A stretch of DNA of 64,000 nt from Rickettsia typhi (GTDB lineage: Bacteria > Pseudomonadota > Alphaproteobacteria > Rickettsiales > UBA1997). The stretch lies in NCBI GenBank assembly GCA_945862455.1, contig CAMAXU010000002.1, positions 257-64,256 on the forward strand, in the 5' to 3' direction. Position numbers and translations under genes: made by a program. Below are positions 18,498 through 29,669 of the stretch, piece by piece. Below the pieces are notes generated by a model, which had not been told where the DNA came from, ran no database searches, and was given only the letters and a program-made list of their open reading frames with translations. Each line of letters opens with the position of its first letter. The stretch's first letter is position 1.

Positions 18498-19529
18498 ATG
18501 TTGCGATTTTTATCTCTCACAGCTTCAGTGTTTTTACTACTCATTTCTTCAGCGTTGGCGTTTAAAGCTGCACCAAGAAACCACATTCAAATTGTAGGCT
18601 CATCAACTGTTTATCCTTTTACAGCGGTGATTGCCGAAGCTTTTGGACGAGATACCGAATTTAGAACTCCAATCGTAGAATCAACCGGAACTGGCGGCGG
18701 CTTTAAGCTATTTTGTTCGGGAGTTGGCTTTAACTATCCTGATTTTTCCAATGCTTCCAGAAAAATTGAACCCAGCGAAATTAAAAAATGTGCCGAAAAA
18801 GGCATTGAAGGAATTGTTGAAATCAAAATCGGTTATGACGGAATTGTGCTTGCCAACTCAGTTGCCGGAACAAAATATAATTTAACCAAAGAGCAGATTT
18901 TTTTAGCTTTAGCACAACAAGTTCCAAGCAAAGATGGAAAATTAATTGCCAATCCTTACCAAAAATGGCAGGATATTGATGCCAGATTGCCAGCAATAAA
19001 TATCGCAGTTTACGGTCCGCCAACAACTTCTGGAACAAGAGATGCCTTTGTTGAATTGGTTATGGAAGAGTCTTGTTCAAAAATGAAAGAATTTGCCGAC
19101 GCTTTTCCTGATTCAAAAATCCGCAAGAAAAAATGTCATGTCATCAGAAGTGACGGCAAATTTATTGAAGCTGGTGAAAATGATAACCTGATCGTACAAA
19201 AATTAAAAAATGATAATAATGCTTTAGGAATTTTTGGCTTTAGTTTTTTAGAAGAAAATCATGACACAATTCAAGCGGCAACAATTAATAATGTTGTTCC
19301 GAGCTTTACTAATATTGTTTCTGGAGCCTATCCGGTTTCACGCCCGCTTTTCATTTATTTCAAAAAAGAGCATCTGAATCTGATTTTAGGAATGCGAGAA
19401 TTTGTGCAAGAAATAATCAGCAAAAACACGATTGGCGCTGACGGTTATCTGCTGCAAAAAGGCCTCATCCCGTTAACTGATTTAGAGCTTAAAAAAGTGC
19501 GGGACGAGGTGATGAATAATCTTAATTGA
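18498..19529 (+). CDS. pstS: phosphate ABC transporter substrate-binding protein (PstS family)
   Basis: Signal peptide, GSSTVYPF, TGTGGG, SGTRDAF. No pstCAB follows in this window. Confidence 0.85.
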   Translation: MLRFLSLTASVFLLLISSALAFKAAPRNHIQIVGSSTVYPFTAVIAEAFGRDTEFRTPIVESTGTGGGFKLFCSGVGFNYPDFSNASRKIEPSEIKKCAEKGIEGIVEIKIGYDGIVLANSVAGTKYNLTKEQIFLALAQQVPSKDGKLIANPYQKWQDIDARLPAINIAVYGPPTTSGTRDAFVELVMEESCSKMKEFADAFPDSKIRKKKCHVIRSDGKFIEAGENDNLIVQKLKNDNNALGIFGFSFLEENHDTIQAATINNVVPSFTNIVSGAYPVSRPLFIYFKKEHLNLILGMREFVQEIISKNTIGADGYLLQKGLIPLTDLELKKVRDEVMNNLN

Positions 19530-19759
19530 TTTTTCGTTAGTGTTTTTGGAGTTCTTCGCGTAGTCGATCTTTTTCAAGACCGATTTTGTGGTAGATTCCT
19601 TGTCTTAACTACTAAATATCTAACTAACATGATCTTTATTCCACTCGCAGTGTTAGTTACGTTATCTGTAGTTTCTTCATTGAGCTAAGGTAACATAATC
19701 GTCTTTTCCTTTATGGAAAGATGAGGGGTTTATCCAAGCGATAACTTCTTTTCACGAGG

Positions 19760-19791
19760 CCCGTCACAAGAAAGCTTGTGGCGGGTTTTTC
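19760..19791 (+). terminator. rho-independent terminator
   Basis: cccgtcacaag-aaag-cttgtggcggg followed by ttttt. It closes a roughly 260-nt unannotated transcript space after pstS. Confidence 0.7.
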
Positions 19792-19834
19792 TTATACCTA
19801 GCTCAAAGTTTTCTATTTAAGAATTAAGAATAAT

Positions 19835-19959
19835 GAATTAGACACTGTTAGCCAATTAATTTTATTCCATATTTAGCTCTATAAATATTTACCAAAATTT
19901 TACTAAAAAAGCGCTCAAAATCTGAAATAAAATTAATTAGCTAACAGCGTCTAAGAATT
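19835..19959. repeat. palindromic element, family PE-5
   Basis: Arms ..aattagacactgttagccaattaatttta / taaaattaattagctaacagcgtctaagaatt. An arm remnant lies at 38249..38272. Confidence 0.75.
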
Positions 19960-19999
19960 AACAACTTGGTTCAAATCACATTTTAAAATACACATTTCC

Positions 20000-22861
20000 A
20001 TGGAAGAAAAATTCATCAAAGTTACTGGCGCGAAAGAACATAATTTAAAAAATGTAAATATCGAAATTCCAAAAAATCAGCTTGTTGTTGTTACCGGTTT
20101 AAGCGGTTCGGGAAAATCTTCTTTGGTGTTTGATACTATTTATGCTGAAGGTCAGCGCCGTTTTATTGAAAGTCTTTCATCTTACGCCCGTCAGTTTTTA
20201 GACATGCAAGACAAGCCTGATGTTGAATCAATCACTGGTCTTTCACCATCAATTGCAATTGATCAAAAAACTACTTCTAGAAATCCGCGCTCAACAGTTG
20301 GAACTGTTACTGAAATTTACGATCACTTTCGCTTATTATTTGCCCGCGTTGGCGTTCCGCATTCGCCAGAAACCGGCTTGCCGATTGAAAGCCAGTCTGC
20401 TTCGGTGATGGTTGATAAAATTTTACAATTACCGAAAAAAACTAGAATTTATTTACTTGCTCCAATCGTCCGTGGTCAAAAAGGCGAATATCGCAAAGAG
20501 ATGATGAACGCCCGCAAACAAGGCTTCCAACGCATTAAAGTTGACGGAAAAGTTCACGATTTAAACGAAATTTTACCACCGCTAGATAAAAATAAAAAAC
20601 ATGACATCGAAATTATTGTTGATCGCGTTGTAGTTTCTGACGATCTCGGCAACCGCTTGGCCGATTCGGTTGAAACCGCCCTAAAAGTTTCTGAAGGTTT
20701 GCTTTATGTAGAAATTGTTAGTCTTCCTGAAGGCGCAAAATCAACTCATAAAGCCGGAGATGTTTTGGTTTTTAGTGAAAAATTTTCTTGCCCAGTTTCT
20801 GGTTTTACAATTTCCGAAATCGAGCCGCGTTTATTTTCTTTCAACTCGCCATTTGGTGCTTGCAAACATTGCGATGGTCTTGGAACTGAACTTTATTTCA
20901 GCGAAGATTTGGTTGTTGAAGATGAAAATTTAACTTTGCGCCAAGGTGCAATTTCAGTTTGGCAAGGCGTGCAAGAACGCTTCTACCAACAGGTTTTGCA
21001 GGCTATGAGTTTGCATTATAAATTTAGTCTTGATGTTCCTTTTAAAACTTTAACTCCGGAAGTTAAAAAAATTATTTTCTATGGAACCGGAACGGACGAA
21101 GTTGAAATTAAAATCGAAGATGGGCTGAAAGCAATTAAAGTTAAAAAGTCTTTTGAAGGCGTGATGAACAGCTTGAAAAAAAGATATTTAGAAAGCGAAA
21201 GCGAATCAATGCGCGATGATTTAGCGAAATTTCAAACTCTAAAAACCTGCGAAAAATGCGAAGGACATCGTCTGAATGAAGAAGCTTTGTCGGTAAAAAT
21301 TGCTGGTCTTCACGTTGGACAAGTTAGCAGAATGTCGATCGAAAAATCAGTTGATTGGTTTAATGAATTGGAAACCAAATTAACTTCAATGCAAAACCAA
21401 ATTGCCGAAAGATTGCTTAAAGAAATCACGCGTCGCTTGGGTTTTTTACGCAATGTTGGTTTGGAATATTTAACTATTAATCGCGAAGCCGGAACTTTAT
21501 CTGGCGGCGAAGCGCAGCGTATTCGTCTGGCTTCACAAATTGGTTCTGGGCTTTCCGGAGTTTTGTATGTACTTGACGAACCTTCAATTGGTCTGCATCA
21601 ATCTGATAACGATAAGTTGATTACAACTTTGAAAAACCTGCGCGATTTAGGAAATTCAGTGATTGTAGTTGAGCATGATGAAGAAATGATGCGCGAGGCT
21701 GAATATTTAATCGATGTTGGTCCGGGAGCCGGAATTCATGGTGGCGAAATTATTTCTGCTGGCTTGCCAGACTATGTAATTAATGATCCAAAAAGTATTA
21801 CTGGTCAATATTTAAGTGGCAAAAAACAAATCGAAATTCCAAAAAAACGCCGCAAAATTGATCCAAAAAAAGTTATTACTTTGAAAGGTGCGACAATCAA
21901 CAACTTGAAAAATGTTACGTTGAATTTGCCACTTAAAATTTTCACCGCAATTTCCGGAATTTCAGGCGGCGGAAAATCAAGTTTGATCATCAAAACGCTT
22001 TATCCGGCGTTAAATAAAATGATCAATAAATCAAAAGCAGTTCCGGGACCTTTTGAAGCTTTAATTGGCGCCCATTTTATTGATAAAATTATTGAGATTG
22101 ATCAATCGCCAATTGGACGCACTCCGCGTTCAAATCCTTGTACTTACGTTGGCGCTTTCACTTTTATCCGTGAATTTTTCACCGCTTTGCCGGAATCAAA
22201 ATCGCGTGGTTACAAAGTTGGCAGATTTTCTTTCAACGTGAAAGGTGGGCGTTGCGAAACTTGCCAAGGCGATGGTTTGATTAAAATCGAAATGCATTTC
22301 CTTCCTGATGTGTATGTACGTTGTGATACTTGTCACGGCAAACGTTACAATCGCGAAACTTTGGAAATTAAATATAAAGGCAAATCAATTTCTGATATTT
22401 TAGAAATGACCGCTGATGATGCAGCTATTTTCTTTTCTAGCATGTCGCATATTTACGATAAATTTAAATCTTTATGCGAAGTTGGTCTTGGCTATATGAA
22501 AATCGGTCAAAGTGCCACAACGCTTTCTGGTGGCGAGGCACAGCGAATTAAATTGGCGAAAGAATTAAGCAGAAAAGCTACTGGTGACACGCTTTATATT
22601 CTTGATGAACCAACTACAGGTTTACATTTTGAAGATATTAGTAAGTTACTAAAAGTTCTGCATACTTTGGTTGACGCTGGAAATTCAATTTTAGTAATTG
22701 AACATAATCTCGACGTTTTAAAAACCGCAGATCATATCATTGATATTGGTCCATGCGGTGGTGAAAAAGGTGGTTATATTGTTGCTGAAGGAACTCCGGA
22801 AGAAGTTGCGAAAAATAAAAAATCGGTAACCGGAAAATATTTAGCGAAGATTTTAAAATAG
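20000..22861 (+). CDS. uvrA: excinuclease ABC subunit A
   Basis: Two ABC modules ([18 protein letters not shown], two LSGGEAQR), and zinc fingers CxxCxG. Confidence 0.97.
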   Translation: MEEKFIKVTGAKEHNLKNVNIEIPKNQLVVVTGLSGSGKSSLVFDTIYAEGQRRFIESLSSYARQFLDMQDKPDVESITGLSPSIAIDQKTTSRNPRSTVGTVTEIYDHFRLLFARVGVPHSPETGLPIESQSASVMVDKILQLPKKTRIYLLAPIVRGQKGEYRKEMMNARKQGFQRIKVDGKVHDLNEILPPLDKNKKHDIEIIVDRVVVSDDLGNRLADSVETALKVSEGLLYVEIVSLPEGAKSTHKAGDVLVFSEKFSCPVSGFTISEIEPRLFSFNSPFGACKHCDGLGTELYFSEDLVVEDENLTLRQGAISVWQGVQERFYQQVLQAMSLHYKFSLDVPFKTLTPEVKKIIFYGTGTDEVEIKIEDGLKAIKVKKSFEGVMNSLKKRYLESESESMRDDLAKFQTLKTCEKCEGHRLNEEALSVKIAGLHVGQVSRMSIEKSVDWFNELETKLTSMQNQIAERLLKEITRRLGFLRNVGLEYLTINREAGTLSGGEAQRIRLASQIGSGLSGVLYVLDEPSIGLHQSDNDKLITTLKNLRDLGNSVIVVEHDEEMMREAEYLIDVGPGAGIHGGEIISAGLPDYVINDPKSITGQYLSGKKQIEIPKKRRKIDPKKVITLKGATINNLKNVTLNLPLKIFTAISGISGGGKSSLIIKTLYPALNKMINKSKAVPGPFEALIGAHFIDKIIEIDQSPIGRTPRSNPCTYVGAFTFIREFFTALPESKSRGYKVGRFSFNVKGGRCETCQGDGLIKIEMHFLPDVYVRCDTCHGKRYNRETLEIKYKGKSISDILEMTADDAAIFFSSMSHIYDKFKSLCEVGLGYMKIGQSATTLSGGEAQRIKLAKELSRKATGDTLYILDEPTTGLHFEDISKLLKVLHTLVDAGNSILVIEHNLDVLKTADHIIDIGPCGGEKGGYIVAEGTPEEVAKNKKSVTGKYLAKILK

Positions 22862-22876
22862 TTAACCAAAAATGAG

Positions 22877-22926
22877 ATGTAATGTTAAGCCTGTCAAATC
22901 ATGCTTCGACAGGCTTAACATTACAT
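22877..22926. repeat. 19-bp-stem palindrome after uvrA (family PE-6 motif)
   Basis: atgtaatgttaagcctgtc / gacaggcttaacattacat. It shares the 14-mer cttcgacaggctta with the hairpin at 28525..28551. Confidence 0.7.
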
Positions 22927-22962
22927 TGAGTAGCTTCTTTTAATAAAATTCACAAAGAAATA

Positions 22963-23859
22963 ATGTTTAACAGCTCCCTTCAAGAAGCCATTCTAGCTTG
23001 CTCAATCCTAGTGCAAAAGCGTATGGATGAATTACTTCCCGAAGAGTTTCATGATTCAAAATTAGTTGAAGCAATGCGCTACAGCGCTCTTTCCGACGGC
23101 AAAAGAATTCGCCCATTTCTAGTAATTGCCTCGGCACAGATTTTTGGAATTTCACCTTTAGTTTCTCTAAATTCCGCAACGGCGATGGAATTTGTGCATG
23201 TTTATTCTTTGATTCATGATGACTTGCCGGCGATGGATAATGATAATGTGCGTCGCGGCATTCCGACTTGCCACAAAAAATTTGATGAAGCGACTGCGAT
23301 CCTTGCGGGTGATGCTTTGCTGACTTACGCATTTGAAATTTTAACTGATCCAGCAACTCACAAGGAAACTTCGGTGCGTTTGGAATTGGTAAAAACTCTA
23401 GCTAAAGCTGCAGGATTTATGGGAATGGCGGGTGGACAAATGATTGATTTAGAAAAAGCCGACCAAAGAATTTCTAACGAAGAATTAGCAAAATTACATC
23501 GTTTAAAAACTGGCGAACTTTTTATGGCTTCCGCCGAAATGGGCGCGATTTTGGGTCACGCTGGAATTGACCAAAGACACGCGCTACGCAATTTTGCTCA
23601 TGATTTGGGTTTGGCTTTTCAGATTAAAGATGATATTTTAGATCATTATGGAATCAGTATTGGCAAGGTTGAAATTGATGAAGCGGTTCATAAAAAACCA
23701 AAAGAAAATGCCAGCATTGTTGATGTTTTAGGAATGGAAATAGCGCAAAAACAATTGGAATTATTAAGAGATCAGTCGATTGCGCATTTGAAAGTTTTTG
23801 GAGCGAAAGCGTCGCTTTTGGTGGAGTTGGTGAATTTTGTGATTATGAGAGAAAAATAA
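22963..23859 (+). CDS. ispA: (2E,6E)-farnesyl diphosphate synthase / polyprenyl synthetase
   Basis: FARM LIHDDLPAMDNDNVRRG and SARM FQIKDDILD. Confidence 0.9.
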   Translation: MFNSSLQEAILACSILVQKRMDELLPEEFHDSKLVEAMRYSALSDGKRIRPFLVIASAQIFGISPLVSLNSATAMEFVHVYSLIHDDLPAMDNDNVRRGIPTCHKKFDEATAILAGDALLTYAFEILTDPATHKETSVRLELVKTLAKAAGFMGMAGGQMIDLEKADQRISNEELAKLHRLKTGELFMASAEMGAILGHAGIDQRHALRNFAHDLGLAFQIKDDILDHYGISIGKVEIDEAVHKKPKENASIVDVLGMEIAQKQLELLRDQSIAHLKVFGAKASLLVELVNFVIMREK

Positions 23860-23884
23860 CTTTTTCGACAAAATTTTGTTATTT

Positions 23885-24475
23885 CTAATTCGGCTGCGTA
23901 ATCTTTTTCAAGCTCACCAAATTTCCCCTGATATTTTTCAGAGATTCCCTAATTCTTTTTCTAACTAATGGATCAATTGCTGAAATTTTTATCTTAGAAA
24001 AATCTCTAATTTTCGCTGTTGGATCAATTGGGACATCGGTTTCAATTTCCGGCTTATTTTTTGGATCAATAAACTCTTCAATTGCATGATCTTCTAATCT
24101 AGTTGCTTCGGGGATTTTATCATCATGAACTATTTTTGAAACCAGCTTTTCATCGGATAAAATAATATCTAAATCTTCTTCCTTGTGATCATCATGTTTT
24201 CTTTTTTTCAAAAGCTTCTGCAATCCGGCGACTGTGTATCCTTCTTCGTATAAAAACTTTTTGATTCTTTTTAAAATCTTCAACTGCTTGTTGTAATAAT
24301 AACGCCTTTTTCCGGCACCGATTTCGGGTTTTATTTGCGGAAAATTCTCTTCCCAAAAACGAATAACATGAGTTTCAACTTTTAATTCTTTGGCAACTTC
24401 ACCAATCGATCTTTTACGATCGACCCCAAGATCATCTGCTAATTTTTGTACTTCGTGAGCAATGTTGTGAAGCAT
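23885..24475 (-). CDS. MerR-family transcriptional regulator
   Basis: N-terminal HTH SIGEVAKELKVETHVIRFWEENF.....G.G.RRYY. Acidic C-terminal half. Confidence 0.8.
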   Translation of the reverse strand: MLHNIAHEVQKLADDLGVDRKRSIGEVAKELKVETHVIRFWEENFPQIKPEIGAGKRRYYYNKQLKILKRIKKFLYEEGYTVAGLQKLLKKRKHDDHKEEDLDIILSDEKLVSKIVHDDKIPEATRLEDHAIEEFIDPKNKPEIETDVPIDPTAKIRDFSKIKISAIDPLVRKRIRESLKNIRGNLVSLKKITQPN

Positions 24476-24476
24476 T

Positions 24477-25532
24477 TTAGGTAAACCTTTTCTTATATTC
24501 CAAAGCGAAATGTTTAATGATCACGCCGCAAATTGCGGTTAGAGGAACTGCTATTAAAACTCCGAAAAAGCCGAATAAAACACCGAAAACAAATAATCCG
24601 AAAATCAACCAAACTGGGTGCAAACCAATTTTGGCACCGATTAATTTTGGAGTCAGGAAATTTGATTCAACAATCTGGCCAAAAACAAAAATTAGCGAAA
24701 CGGTGGCAATATGCGTCACATCAAAACCCCATTGAAATAAGGCAACAATGATTGCGGTTGTAACGCCGCACAACATTCCAACGAAAGGAATGAAAGAAAA
24801 TAATCCGGTTAACAGTCCGATTAAAAATCCAAAATTAAGACCGGTGAAACTTAACAGACCAGAGTAAATCAAACCCAAAATCAGGCAAACATTAAATTGA
24901 CCGCGAACGTAGAAAGATAATGTTTTATCTATATCTAAAGCAATTTTGCGAGTTGAATTGGCAACTTGGCGCGGCAAATAATCGCCGATTTTTTTGATTA
25001 AAATTTTCCAGTCTTTTAAGAGATAAAAAATCAGAATCGGAGTAATAAAAATCAGAGATAAAATATTGATTAATGTCAGCGAAGAGGTGAAGGCGTTGTT
25101 GACAATATTTTTTGATAAATCGACAAATTTGGCAGTAATTTGTTCATTCGATAATAAATACGATAAATCTTTATCGATTCTAAAGCCAACGCCATCAAGA
25201 ATTGAAAGCGCTTTCGGATAAAAATCATGTAAAATAATTTGAAAATATCCGGGCAAAGCGGTGAATAAGTCAGTGAATTGGGCGCAAAGAATTGGCAGTA
25301 AAATTGCGCCAAGCGTGATTAAAATTGTAAGGAATAATCCTAGAATTAAAGATGTGGCAAGTGCGCGCGACATTTTGTATTTTTTACAAAAGAAATCGAC
25401 GATTGGATTTAAAAAATAAGCGATGATGAATGAGCAGATAAAGGGCGTTAAAACTGATTTCACCAAATAAATCAACCAGCAGAAAATAGCAAAAATTACA
25501 GCTATTGAAATAAGTTTGTCTTTTAATTTCAT
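24477..25532 (-). CDS. AI-2E family transporter (PerM/UPF0118)
   Basis: About 8 TM helices and the typical ..SFIPFVG...G and LHPVWLIFGL blocks. Confidence 0.85.
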   Translation of the reverse strand: MKLKDKLISIAVIFAIFCWLIYLVKSVLTPFICSFIIAYFLNPIVDFFCKKYKMSRALATSLILGLFLTILITLGAILLPILCAQFTDLFTALPGYFQIILHDFYPKALSILDGVGFRIDKDLSYLLSNEQITAKFVDLSKNIVNNAFTSSLTLINILSLIFITPILIFYLLKDWKILIKKIGDYLPRQVANSTRKIALDIDKTLSFYVRGQFNVCLILGLIYSGLLSFTGLNFGFLIGLLTGLFSFIPFVGMLCGVTTAIIVALFQWGFDVTHIATVSLIFVFGQIVESNFLTPKLIGAKIGLHPVWLIFGLFVFGVLFGFFGVLIAVPLTAICGVIIKHFALEYKKRFT

Positions 25533-25539
25533 GAATTAC

Positions 25540-26592
25540 TTAGTTATTTAAAACGTAAAGGTTGTCAGTTTTTTTAATTAAATTTATTCCAACTTTCATA
25601 AATTCTTGCACAATATCAGTGCCGTTATTTGGGTAATTTACCGTGATCACAGCCATATCGCGCGAGATTGATTCGATATTAATTTGCGTCACCAAATTAC
25701 TATTTTCGATGCGGCTTTTTGTAATCATCCAATTGCTCAAAGTTGAAACTGGAATCTTAATTTTAACTGAACTGGAAGTGGCTTTGCTATCGGCATTTTG
25801 CGAAGAAACCAAATAGTCGATTGTTTTGTTAGCAACTTTTTCTAGCAAGGCATCAAAACTTAATTGATCAACATTAACGAAGTTTAATTTGACCTGTTTT
25901 TTCTGTAATTTTCTTAAATAAGTGACACTAATATTTACTTTATTTTCAATTTCATCGTAAGAGAAAAATAAGGCGTAAACTGATTCAGATTTATATTTAA
26001 AAAGCAGCGGTTCAATCGCCACGTAATCAAGCAAAGCAACATTGATTGAACTTATAATTGCGATATTACTTAAATCTGCATCGGGCACTACGAATTTTCC
26101 TTGGCCTTTTTTAGCGATAGTTTTTTCAATGGCTTTTCTCCAGTTATTATCATTTTCCCATAAAAGCATTGAGCGCTTGTTAACTTTTACCGGTAATAAA
26201 ACATAAGTTTCGCCAGATTTTTCTGCTTTTTTCACAGCTTTTTTAGAGAGAATATGTTCAACAAAATCCTTGGCGAACATTATATTCATTGTGGCGCTAT
26301 AATTATTGCCGGCGATTTTTTCAGCATCAATTTGTTCGGATCGCACCATGTCAGAAATTTCATCGTTAGAAATAATATCGGCAACTTTGGTGGCGATTTC
26401 TAAGCGCGTTAATAAAATCAAAAAAGCATCGCGTTGACCGCTGGCAATGGCAGCATTTCTGGCATCGGTTGGCGATTTTCCAGTGGCGCTCACATTAACG
26501 CCCTCAATCATGTAAGGACTATTTTCTACAGCGTAAGAAGCGCCTTGAAAAGAAAAAAACAAAGTTAGAAAAAGTAAAAAAATTCTCGACAT
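25540..26592 (-). CDS. secreted hypothetical protein (DUF2066-like, purM-divergent)
   Basis: Start set at MSRIFLLFLTLFFSFQGASYA (signal peptide). Its position divergent from purM and the N-terminal ..ARNAAIASGQRDAFLILLTRL resemble DUF2066 proteins, but the family call is weak. Confidence 0.5.
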   Translation of the reverse strand: MSRIFLLFLTLFFSFQGASYAVENSPYMIEGVNVSATGKSPTDARNAAIASGQRDAFLILLTRLEIATKVADIISNDEISDMVRSEQIDAEKIAGNNYSATMNIMFAKDFVEHILSKKAVKKAEKSGETYVLLPVKVNKRSMLLWENDNNWRKAIEKTIAKKGQGKFVVPDADLSNIAIISSINVALLDYVAIEPLLFKYKSESVYALFFSYDEIENKVNISVTYLRKLQKKQVKLNFVNVDQLSFDALLEKVANKTIDYLVSSQNADSKATSSSVKIKIPVSTLSNWMITKSRIENSNLVTQINIESISRDMAVITVNYPNNGTDIVQEFMKVGINLIKKTDNLYVLNN

Positions 26593-26679
26593 ATCGGAAT
26601 TAAACTGAAATATTAAAAACATCTCCTTCGAAGCTGGATTCAGTAAGCTTCTCGCCTCACTTCTTAAATCGCAAGAAAA

Positions 26680-27672
26680 ATGTCTTTAAACTATAAACAA
26701 GCTGGTGTCGATATCGATGCTGGGAATGAATTGGTTAATCGTATTAAACCTTTCGCAAAAGCAACAAGCCGCGTTGGGGCTAATTCCGACCTTGGCGGAT
26801 TTGGCGCTTTATTTGATTTAAAAAAATGTAATTTTAAAGATCCGGTTTTAGTTTCATCAACCGACGGCGTGGGTACAAAATTAAAAGTCGCAATCGATGT
26901 TGATAAACACGACACAATCGGAATTGATTTAGTTGCAATGTCAGTAAATGACCTTGTAGTTCAAGGTGCCGAGCCACTTTTTTTTCTTGATTATTTTGCT
27001 TGTTCCAAACTTGATGTTGAAGTTGCAAGCCAAGTTGTAAAAGGAATTGCTGATGGTTGCAAACTTGCTGGCTGCGCTTTAATTGGTGGCGAAACCGCCG
27101 AAATGCCCGGAATGTACAAAGCTGGAGATTATGATTTAGCTGGATTTGCCGTTGGCGCAGTTGAGCGCGATCAAATTTTACCAAGATCAACAAATGCCGG
27201 AGATATTTTAATCGGCTTAAAATCAAGCGGAGTTCACTCAAACGGCTATTCTTTGGCGCGTTTTATTTTAGAAAAAAATTCGGTTAATTTTTCCGATAAA
27301 TTTTCTAGTGAAAAAACAGTTGGCGAAGCTTTGTTAACGCCCACAAAAATTTATGTAAAATCTTGTTTGGAAGCGATTAAAACTGGCAAAGTTAAAGCTC
27401 TTTCACACATTACTGGCGGCGGTTTAACCGAAAATTTACCGCGAGTTTTATCAAAAAATGTTACTCCAGAAATTGATTATAAATCATGGAATCGTCCCGA
27501 GATTTTTGATTATTTACAAAAACTCGGCAACGTAACTGACGAAGAAATGCACCGCACTTTCAACTGCGGAATCGGCATGGTTCTAGTAGTTGCGCAAGGT
27601 GATGAAAATGAAGTTAAAACTATTTTAGAAAAAGCCGGCGAAGAAGTTTTTGTAATTGGAAAGTTAATTTAA
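26680..27672 (+). CDS. purM: phosphoribosylformylglycinamidine cyclo-ligase
   Basis: [41 protein letters not shown]. Confidence 0.96.
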   Translation: MSLNYKQAGVDIDAGNELVNRIKPFAKATSRVGANSDLGGFGALFDLKKCNFKDPVLVSSTDGVGTKLKVAIDVDKHDTIGIDLVAMSVNDLVVQGAEPLFFLDYFACSKLDVEVASQVVKGIADGCKLAGCALIGGETAEMPGMYKAGDYDLAGFAVGAVERDQILPRSTNAGDILIGLKSSGVHSNGYSLARFILEKNSVNFSDKFSSEKTVGEALLTPTKIYVKSCLEAIKTGKVKALSHITGGGLTENLPRVLSKNVTPEIDYKSWNRPEIFDYLQKLGNVTDEEMHRTFNCGIGMVLVVAQGDENEVKTILEKAGEEVFVIGKLI

Positions 27673-27689
27673 TTTATTTCGGTTCAAAC

Positions 27690-28499
27690 ATGATTAACCG
27701 CAAATCCTCAGTTCATCTGCAAGATTTCCCTGACATTTCTTTTTTACCAAATGAAAAAGAACTTGTCGCCGACATGGATTTAGTCCGCAGCATTGCTTCA
27801 ACCGCACTTTCAATTCGCGATAATAAAAACCTCCGCGTGCGTTTGCCTTTAAACAAATTAATCGTAATTGGCAAAAGTGCAGCGCGAATTTTGCCTTTTA
27901 AAGAAATCATCGCTGATGAAGTAAACGTAAAATCAATCGAAATCAAAGAAGACATTGCCGAACTTGCCGAATTAAAATTACAAATAAATTTCAAAAAAAT
28001 CGGTGCCAAATTTGGTTCAAAAATTAAAGAAATTACCATCGCTTCCAAAACTGGTGATTGGAAAAAAATTTCCGATAAAGAAATCGAAATTGCCGGAATA
28101 ATTTTAAGCGATGATGATTTTGAATTAAAGTTGGCAACAAAAAATAACGACGAAAAAAAATTCGCAATTTTAGCTCTTCCAACCAATGATTATTTGGTTC
28201 AATTGGATATCGAAGTTACTCAAGATTTAGAAGATGAAGGCATCGCGCGTGACATTGTTCGTGCGATTCAACAAAATAGAAAAGACGCAGATTTAAATAT
28301 TTCCGATCACATTAATTTAAAAATTTTCTCAACAAATTCACGAATTTTGGAAGTGGCAAAATCTTTTGAAAAATATATTAAAGAACAAGTTTTAAGTGAT
28401 TCTTTAAGCTGTGTCACAAATGCAGAAGAAGCAAAATTGGCAACGAAATTTTCCTGTGAAAATAAGCTTGATGATGGTGATTTGGTGATTGGATTTTAA
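27690..28499 (+). CDS. stand-alone C-terminal fragment of type-2 isoleucyl-tRNA synthetase
   Basis: SVHLQDFPD.., VRS.AS.ALSIRDN.NLRVRLPL, ..EDEGIARDIVRAIQQNRKDADLNISDHI.. match the last ~270 aa of eukaryote-like IleRS. No catalytic HIGH/KMSKS part lies upstream (purM ends at 27672). Confidence 0.65.
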   Translation: MINRKSSVHLQDFPDISFLPNEKELVADMDLVRSIASTALSIRDNKNLRVRLPLNKLIVIGKSAARILPFKEIIADEVNVKSIEIKEDIAELAELKLQINFKKIGAKFGSKIKEITIASKTGDWKKISDKEIEIAGIILSDDDFELKLATKNNDEKKFAILALPTNDYLVQLDIEVTQDLEDEGIARDIVRAIQQNRKDADLNISDHINLKIFSTNSRILEVAKSFEKYIKEQVLSDSLSCVTNAEEAKLATKFSCENKLDDGDLVIGF

Positions 28500-28599
28500 A
28501 AATTATCCTTGAAACAAAATACATGTCACCCTTCGACAGGCTTAGGGTGACCTTGCGCTTTGTTAAGACGATCTAAAATTTCTCATACCTAAGTTGCGA

Positions 28600-29667
28600 T
28601 CAATCCTCTTCCGACATTTTCTTTGCTTGATCATCCGCAGTTAGCGCATCGATAAATTCATCCAATTCGCCAAGCATAATATCATCAATTCTGTAGCTGG
28701 TTAAATTAATTCTGTGATCAGTAACGCGGCTTTGTGGGAAGTTATAAGTTCTAATGCGTTCTGATCTATCGCCACTTCCAACTTGCTCTTTGCGGTTTGC
28801 AGAACGCTCTTTATCAGCGCGATCGCGTTCAGCTTCATAAAGACGAGATCGCAAAACTTTCATCGCTTTTTCGCGGTTTTTAATTTGCGATTTTTCATCT
28901 TGCATTGAAACCGTAACTCCGGTTGGAACGTGAACAATTCTAACCGCAGAATCTGTTGTATTTACTGATTGTCCGCCTGGACCAGATGAGCGAAAAACGT
29001 CAATTCGCAAATCTTTTTCTTCAATTTTAATATCAATATCTTCGGCTTCTGGAAGCACGGCAACTGTTGCGGCTGATGTATGTACACGACCTTGCGATTC
29101 GGTTTCAGGAACTCGTTGCACGCGATGAACTCCCGATTCATATTTTAAACGCGCAAATACGTTGCGACCTGTGATTGTAGCAGAAGCATCTTTATATCCG
29201 CCCAAACCAGTATCTGAAATTGAAAGAATTTCAAACTTCCATTTTTTCTTCTCGGCATATTTTTGATACATCGCAAAAAGCTTGTAAGCAAAGAGCGCCG
29301 CTTCTTCGCCGCCGGTTCCGGCACGAACTTCGAGAATAGCGTTTTTTTCATCCGCCGCGTCACGTGGCAAAAGCGCAATTTTCATTTGTTGCTCAAGATC
29401 AGGAATTTTTTTAGTTAAATCAAAACGCTCATTTTCCAGCAAATTACGCATTTCTTGATCTGTAGTTGATGGCAAAATTTCATCAATATCAGCCAATTCT
29501 TTTTGCGCCTGCTTATATTCGCCAATCAGCGCCACGACAGGAATCATGTCAGAATGTTCTTTAGAAATACGCGCAAAATTTTGACCCAAGCTTGAAGGAT
29601 CAAGCAGTTTTTTTTCTAGATCGGCAAATTTGGCAACAATGCCGTTAAGCTTTGGTGTGAAAGACAT
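28600..29667 (-). CDS. prfA: peptide chain release factor 1
   Basis: PAT-region, [20 protein letters not shown], and overall RF1 layout. Confidence 0.96.
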   Translation of the reverse strand: MSFTPKLNGIVAKFADLEKKLLDPSSLGQNFARISKEHSDMIPVVALIGEYKQAQKELADIDEILPSTTDQEMRNLLENERFDLTKKIPDLEQQMKIALLPRDAADEKNAILEVRAGTGGEEAALFAYKLFAMYQKYAEKKKWKFEILSISDTGLGGYKDASATITGRNVFARLKYESGVHRVQRVPETESQGRVHTSAATVAVLPEAEDIDIKIEEKDLRIDVFRSSGPGGQSVNTTDSAVRIVHVPTGVTVSMQDEKSQIKNREKAMKVLRSRLYEAERDRADKERSANRKEQVGSGDRSERIRTYNFPQSRVTDHRINLTSYRIDDIMLGELDEFIDALTADDQAKKMSEED

Positions 29668-29669
29668 AT

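Noticed and set aside
22967-23356. 129-aa ORF antisense to ispA
   Set aside because: It lies entirely within ispA on the opposite strand and has no motifs.
26834-27241. 135-aa ORF antisense to purM
   Set aside because: It lies inside purM, with an R/L/Q-rich composition typical of antisense artefacts.
28586-28604. PE-1-like arm fragment (atacctaagttgcgatcaa) at the prfA stop
   Set aside because: It is only about 19 nt similar to the 47008 arm, with no partner arm or core. This is too short to call a repeat copy.
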